From an uncultured bacterium (GTDB lineage: Bacteria; Gemmatimonadota; Gemmatimonadetes; Gemmatimonadales; Gemmatimonadaceae): a stretch of DNA of 64,000 nt. This document shows, in pieces, positions 59,246 through 64,000 of this stretch (position 1 is its first letter; each line of letters opens with the position of its first letter). The position numbers and the translations under genes were made by a program. The DNA is taken from the NCBI GenBank assembly GCA_963978095.1, contig CAXBQP010000005.1, forward strand, positions 10,521 to 74,520. Direction: 5' to 3'. The notes under the pieces were generated by a model. That model did not search any database, was not told the DNA's origin, and saw only the letters and a program-made list of their open reading frames with translations.

Positions 59246-61399
59246 TCAAACGGGCTTGCCATGCGCCGGGTAGAACCGGCGTCCCTCTCGGGCCATCGTG
59301 ATCAACAGCGCACACGGGCGGTAGCGCCCCGAATGCCGGGCATCGAGTTGCTCGAGCTGCCGGACGATCTCCGTGACGCCGGTCGCGTCGATGTATCGGT
59401 ACGGCCCCCCGCGGAACGGCGGGAATCCGATGCCGAACACCGCCCCCACATCACCGTCGCGTGGCTGCCGTACGATGCCCTCCTCGACGCATCGCGCGGC
59501 CTCGTTCACCATGGCCAGCACGCAGCGACGCTGGATCTCCTCCTTCGGCAACGGGGTGCGGCGCGACCCGGTCGGGAGAAGGGCGTACACCGATTCGTCC
59601 ACGCCGCCCTTCTTCCCGGCATCGTCATAGAGGTAGAACCCCTTCTTTCCCTTGCGCCCGAGCCGTCCGGCACCGAGCACCGCGCGGAGCGCCTGCGACG
59701 GTTGCACGCGATCACCGAAGGCGGCGCTCATGACGGCCCCGGACTTGCCCGCGATGTCGATCCCGACTTCGTCCAGCAGGGTGATCGGCCCCACCGGGAA
59801 TCCGAAATCGAGCATCGCCGCATCGATCGCGTCGATCGCCACTCCTTCATCAAGCAGGCGTCCCGCTTCATTGATGTACGGCGCCAAGATGCGGTTGGCG
59901 AAAAAGCCGGGCGCGTCATTGACGACGATCACCGTCTTGCCGAGCTTCCGACCGAACGCCACGGTCGTGGCCACGACCTCCGGCGCAGTCCTCGGCGTGA
60001 CGATCACCTCGAGCAGCGGCATCTTGTGCACGGGCGAGAAGAAGTGCATGCCGATGACGCGCTCCGGACGCGACGCCCCCTCGGCGATCGACGTGATCGG
60101 GATCGTGCTCGTGTTGGTCGCAAAGATCGCGTCGTCCGCGAGCAGCGGCTCGATCTCGCGCAGGACGCGGTGCTTGACGCCGAGGTCTTCGTACACGGCC
60201 TCGACCACGACCGGTACCTGCCGGAACCCCGTGTAGTCCACCGTACCCGAGATCAGGGATAGCTGGTCGTCGAACTGCTGTCGCGTGATCTGCCGCTTGG
60301 TCAGGCGGTCCTTGAGCACATCGCGCACCGCCGCGATGCCGCGGACCACTTGATCGTACGCCATATCCTTGAATCGCACGGGGATTCCCTGCATCGCGGA
60401 GATCGCGGCGATCCCCGCACCCATGAACCCGGTCCCGAGCACGCCGATCCGCGTCACCGGCCGCGGCGTCGGAGCCGCACCGGCGACACCGGAATCCTTC
60501 TTCAGGGCCGTCGTGGCGTAGAAGAGAAAGATCAGTTCCTTGGACACGGGACTCGCCGCCATGGCGCCGAACAGTCGTGCCTCTTCCGCGAATCCCTGCT
60601 CGGGCGTGCCGTGGTAGCCGGCGGCCACCGCATCCAGTGCGGCCAGCAACGCGGGGTAATGACCGCGCGACTTCTTCAGGGTCATCTCCCGCGCCTGACG
60701 GAACACGACCGCACGACCGATCGGGTTGTCTTCGAGCACGAGAGCCCTCGCCCCGTGCTTCTTCTCGTGCTGTCGCAGGGTCCCCGCACCGAGCTCCCGG
60801 GCCCGCTGGATCGCGATCTCGCGCAGGAGGTTCGGATGCACGAGTTCGTCGACCAGCCCGATTTGCAGCGCCTTCTTGGCACGGACATTCTTGCCCGTCA
60901 AAATCATGTCGAGCGCGGCCTGCAGTCCGACCGTGCGCGGCAACCGCTGTGTGCCCCCGGCGCCGGGGATCAGGCCCAGTTGCACTTCCGGGAGCGCGAG
61001 GACGGTCTTGGGATGCTCCGTCGCGATCCGATACGCGCAGGCGAGCGCGGCTTCGAGACCGCCGCCGAGGCAGCCGCCGTGGATCGCCGCGACTACGGGC
61101 GCACGACTCGTCTCGAGCCGCCGCATCATGCGATGCCCGAACGCGCTGGCATCCGCCGCATCCTGTGCGGAACGGAACTCGAGGAACGCGTCGATGTCCG
61201 CACCGGCGATGAATCCTTCGGGCTTGCCGCTGATCAATACCGCAGCCCGGATCGCGGAGGTCTCGCCGATGGTCGTGAGCATCGTGTCGAACTCGGCGAT
61301 CACCGACGCCGAGAACTTGTTGACGGGCTCGTTCGGCAGATCGAACGTGATGATCGCGATCTCGCCGTCCACCGCGAGGGAGAGGGCCGGACTGCTCAT
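59246..61399 (-). CDS. fadJ: Fatty acid oxidation complex alpha subunit
   Basis: FIAGADI, CLGGGLE, LPEVQLGLIPGAGG, GTGFMG, NTST, HFFSP, GFPPFRGG. Confidence 0.92.
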   Translation of the reverse strand: MSSPALSLAVDGEIAIITFDLPNEPVNKFSASVIAEFDTMLTTIGETSAIRAAVLISGKPEGFIAGADIDAFLEFRSAQDAADASAFGHRMMRRLETSRAPVVAAIHGGCLGGGLEAALACAYRIATEHPKTVLALPEVQLGLIPGAGGTQRLPRTVGLQAALDMILTGKNVRAKKALQIGLVDELVHPNLLREIAIQRARELGAGTLRQHEKKHGARALVLEDNPIGRAVVFRQAREMTLKKSRGHYPALLAALDAVAAGYHGTPEQGFAEEARLFGAMAASPVSKELIFLFYATTALKKDSGVAGAAPTPRPVTRIGVLGTGFMGAGIAAISAMQGIPVRFKDMAYDQVVRGIAAVRDVLKDRLTKRQITRQQFDDQLSLISGTVDYTGFRQVPVVVEAVYEDLGVKHRVLREIEPLLADDAIFATNTSTIPITSIAEGASRPERVIGMHFFSPVHKMPLLEVIVTPRTAPEVVATTVAFGRKLGKTVIVVNDAPGFFANRILAPYINEAGRLLDEGVAIDAIDAAMLDFGFPVGPITLLDEVGIDIAGKSGAVMSAAFGDRVQPSQALRAVLGAGRLGRKGKKGFYLYDDAGKKGGVDESVYALLPTGSRRTPLPKEEIQRRCVLAMVNEAARCVEEGIVRQPRDGDVGAVFGIGFPPFRGGPYRYIDATGVTEIVRQLEQLDARHSGRYRPCALLITMAREGRRFYPAHGKPV

Positions 61400-62691
61400 G
61401 CGCGCTCCACGACCATGGAAAAGCCAAGCCCGCCGGCGGCGCACACGGTCATCAGGCCGAATTGTCCGCCACGGCGTTCCAGCTCGTTCACCAAAGTCGT
61501 CGTGATGCGCGCACCGGTCGCGCCGAACGGATGCCCGATGGCGATCGAGCCTCCCATCACGTTCAGCTTCGTGCGGTCGACCGTGCCCACGGGCTTCGAC
61601 AACCCTGCGCGCTCGGCCCAGTGCTGCGACTCGAAGCCGCGGAGATTCGACAACACCTGCGCCGCGAAGGCCTCGTGCATCTCCACCAAATCGATGTCCC
61701 CCAACGTCAGTCCCGCGCGTTGCAACGCCAGTGGCGCCGCCAGCACCGGGGCCTGCAGCAGCTGTTCGCCGGGATCCAGCGCCGCGTAGGCGTAGCTGCG
61801 GATATATGCCTTGGGGTGATACCCGAGCGCCTTCGCCCGATCCTCGCGCATCAGCAGCACGGCACCGCCGCCATCGGTCAGCGGCGAGGCGTTGCCCGCC
61901 GTCACGCTCCCGTAGCGCCGATCGAACACGGGCTTGAGCAGCGACAACGCCTCGAGCGTCGTATCGGTGCGGATCCCGTTGTCCTGCGTCATCGTGTCGG
62001 CATATCGCGGCGGAATGAAGGCGGGCGCGAGTTCGGCCGTGAGCCGTCCATCCGCGACTCCCATCGCGGCATGCTGATGGGACGCGAGCGCCAACGCATC
62101 CTGGTCCGCGCGCGTGATGCCGTTCAGTTTCGCCATCTTCTCCGCCGATTGCCCCATCGATTCACCCGTGGTCGGTTCGGCGATGGCCGGCGTGATGGGA
62201 ATGAAATCCTTGGCGCGAACCGTGGCGAACGCTTGCAACCGCTGTCCCAGGCTCTTGGCTTTCGAAGCGGCGACCAACGCGTCGGAGAAGCCGCGCGAAT
62301 GCAGGATCGGCACGTTGGACAGCGACTCCGCGCCGCCGGCGATCGCCACGTGCGCGTGCCCCAACGCGATCTGATCCGCCGCATCGGTGATCGCTTGGTT
62401 GGCCGATGCGCACGCCCGACTCACGCTCCACGCCTGCACCGTCTTGGGCAGCACGGGCATGAGCGCGATCTCCCGCGCGATGTTTGGCGCCAACACCGAC
62501 GGGATCACCGTGCCGAACACCAGCAGATCGATGGCCGCAGGATCCAGATCCGTCCGGTGGATCAACTCGTTCACGGCGATCTTGCCGAGGTCGATTGCGC
62601 TGAGCCCTTTGAGTGCGGTTCCCGCTTTGGCGAAGGGGGTTCTGACCCCGCCGATGATCGCCACACGACGCCCAGCTTCGTAGAGAGCCAT
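61396..62691 (-). CDS. fadI: 3-ketoacyl-CoA thiolase
   Basis: RTPF, RACAS, NASPLTDG, HEAF, GHPFGATG, CAAGG. Confidence 0.92.
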   Translation of the reverse strand: MALYEAGRRVAIIGGVRTPFAKAGTALKGLSAIDLGKIAVNELIHRTDLDPAAIDLLVFGTVIPSVLAPNIAREIALMPVLPKTVQAWSVSRACASANQAITDAADQIALGHAHVAIAGGAESLSNVPILHSRGFSDALVAASKAKSLGQRLQAFATVRAKDFIPITPAIAEPTTGESMGQSAEKMAKLNGITRADQDALALASHQHAAMGVADGRLTAELAPAFIPPRYADTMTQDNGIRTDTTLEALSLLKPVFDRRYGSVTAGNASPLTDGGGAVLLMREDRAKALGYHPKAYIRSYAYAALDPGEQLLQAPVLAAPLALQRAGLTLGDIDLVEMHEAFAAQVLSNLRGFESQHWAERAGLSKPVGTVDRTKLNVMGGSIAIGHPFGATGARITTTLVNELERRGGQFGLMTVCAAGGLGFSMVVERA

Positions 62692-62738
62692 AGACCTGAA
62701 AAGTAGGCCCCGAACGGCCTCGGGGCTATCTTTCGACC

Positions 62739-62906
62739 ATGCCTTCCCCGGTGCTGTGCGGTGAACGCTGGCGTACATCGGCCCTCGAACGCCTTCGCAG
62801 GGAACCGTTCGATCTGCTGGTCATCGGCGGGGGAATCACCGGGGCCGGAATCGCCCGCGACGCGGCGCTCCGAGGGCTACGCACCGCCCTGATCGAGCGC
62901 GACGAC
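62739..62906 (+). pseudogene. glpD: N-terminal fragment of an FAD-dependent glycerol-3-phosphate dehydrogenase, truncated at a junction
   Basis: [33 protein letters not shown]. The expected FASGTSSRS continuation is absent. Confidence 0.8.
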
Positions 62907-63008
62907 CACCTGCCGCCTTATGCCGAATTGCAAGCCGAAGCCGATCGGGCTCGGCAGATTTTGAATGTGTACGGTGACACGGTTGATGCACATGAACAAG
63001 CCATCTGA
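62889..63008 (+). pseudogene. C-terminal fragment of a DUF692 (MNIO) family protein
   Basis: [25 protein letters not shown] matches the typical DUF692 C-terminus, and it is followed by DUF2063 and DoxX. Confidence 0.75.
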
Positions 63009-63738
63009 ACACGACTGGCGCGCCCAAGTGTTTGCCATGATCTGGGGCCATGGTGAAGCGGTCTTGTCACCTGAAAGCCCGGGTTGGAAGGTCTATCGCA
63101 ACACCACCCAACGGGCCTGCATGGACAGCCTGAAAGCCAACTTCCCCGCACTGCATGTGTTGCTGGGTGATGAAGCCTTTGCGGTGTTGGCACGCGCCTA
63201 TTTGCATGCCCATCCACCGCACGATGCACGCCTGTTGCACTACGGTGACCATATGCCTGAATTTTTGTCCGCTTTTGAACCGGCTCAACCCTGGCCCCAA
63301 TTGGTGGATGTGGCCCGACTGGATCGCTTTTGGATCGAGTCGCATGTGGCCATGGATGCGCCCTGTTGCACCGGACTGGATGTATTGCAAAGCCAACGCG
63401 ATGGCGTCGATCTGTCTTGCCCACCGCACCCGGCCACCCGATGGTTGTGGCAGCCTGAGCACCCGGTCGCCACGCTGTGGCTGGATGCACGTGCCGGGCG
63501 CACGCAGCGCGATGACCTGGTGTGGCAAGGCGAAGGGCTGATGTTGACGCGCCCGGAGCAACAGGTGCAGGCCACGCCCATCGGACAAGCCGGTTGCGTT
63601 TTTCTGGATGGATGCGCTGACGGGTTGAGCCTGCAAGCCGCCCTGATCCGGGCCCATCAGCACGACCCCGGTGCTGATTTGGTTGCCCTGGTGAGCCTGA
63701 TGTTGCAACAAGGCGCCCTGACCCTGACTTTCACCTGA
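62992..63738 (+). CDS. DUF2063 (HvfC/BufC-like) MNIO partner protein
   Basis: VYRNTT...LKANFP...LLGDEAF...YLHAHPP...YGDHMPEFL...DVARLD. Confidence 0.85.
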   Translation: MNKPSEHDWRAQVFAMIWGHGEAVLSPESPGWKVYRNTTQRACMDSLKANFPALHVLLGDEAFAVLARAYLHAHPPHDARLLHYGDHMPEFLSAFEPAQPWPQLVDVARLDRFWIESHVAMDAPCCTGLDVLQSQRDGVDLSCPPHPATRWLWQPEHPVATLWLDARAGRTQRDDLVWQGEGLMLTRPEQQVQATPIGQAGCVFLDGCADGLSLQAALIRAHQHDPGADLVALVSLMLQQGALTLTFT

Positions 63739-63750
63739 AAGGAGACTGCC

Positions 63751-64000
63751 GTGAAAAACTTTGTCCGTGAACAGTTGCAAAACCTCAGCACCGTGTCCAA
63801 CAAAATCGTTTCGCATGATTTGTTGTCGTTTTTGGCGCGCTTGTCCTTGGCCGCCATCTTCTGGATGTCGGGCCGCACCAAAGTCACCGGCTGGATCGAG
63901 ATCTCGGACAGCGCGATCGAACTGTTCCAGACCGAATACGACCTGCCGATCATTCCGCCGGAATGGGGCGCCCATTTGGCGGCCTATGCCGAACACCTGT
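63751..64000 (+). CDS. DoxX family membrane protein (partial)
   Basis: AAGGAG RBS and GTG 63751. It reads ...LARLSLAAIFWMSGRTKV...LFQTEYDLPIIPPEWGAHLAAYAEHL and runs off the window. Confidence 0.85.
   Translation, partial: MKNFVREQLQNLSTVSNKIVSHDLLSFLARLSLAAIFWMSGRTKVTGWIEISDSAIELFQTEYDLPIIPPEWGAHLAAYAEHL

Noticed and set aside
62739..63008. 89-aa ORF as a genuine novel small flavoprotein
   Set aside because: It is better explained as a glpD/DUF692 chimera at a compositional boundary.

Overview
Bases 1 to about 62900 are a high-GC, gene-dense chromosomal segment. The gene content (tandem Ser/Thr kinases, leishmanolysin-like lipoproteins, fused E1 alpha/beta, many peptidases) suggests Gemmatimonadota, which is an inference. 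Most genes are housekeeping or metabolic: ABC-F, fahA, ispH, yjjX, pfkA, RhlE-like helicase, lon, PBP1A, nadE, ada/ogt, csaA, pdxH, rsgA, fadIJ. Five things stand out. (1) A cluster of Tat/lipoprotein Rieske proteins with Cys-rich n-regions lies next to a 4-His, 4-helix cytochrome-b-like membrane protein (1-5047). (2) A SelW/Rdx-type selenoprotein (CxxU plus SECIS, 25615-25848) is missed by the ORF track and is translationally coupled to pfkA. (3) A TetR-ECF sigma operon has two palindromic operators. (4) A DExH helicase has an apparently permuted motif order, and an HNH gene has a highly structured leader. (5) At about 62889-62906 there is an abrupt junction where a glpD N-terminus is fused, through a shared 'LIERDD' microhomology, to foreign-looking DUF692-DUF2063-DoxX DNA, most likely an assembly chimera. 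No rRNA, tRNA, CRISPR array or transposase was recognised. All family calls come from motif recognition by eye, not from database searches.
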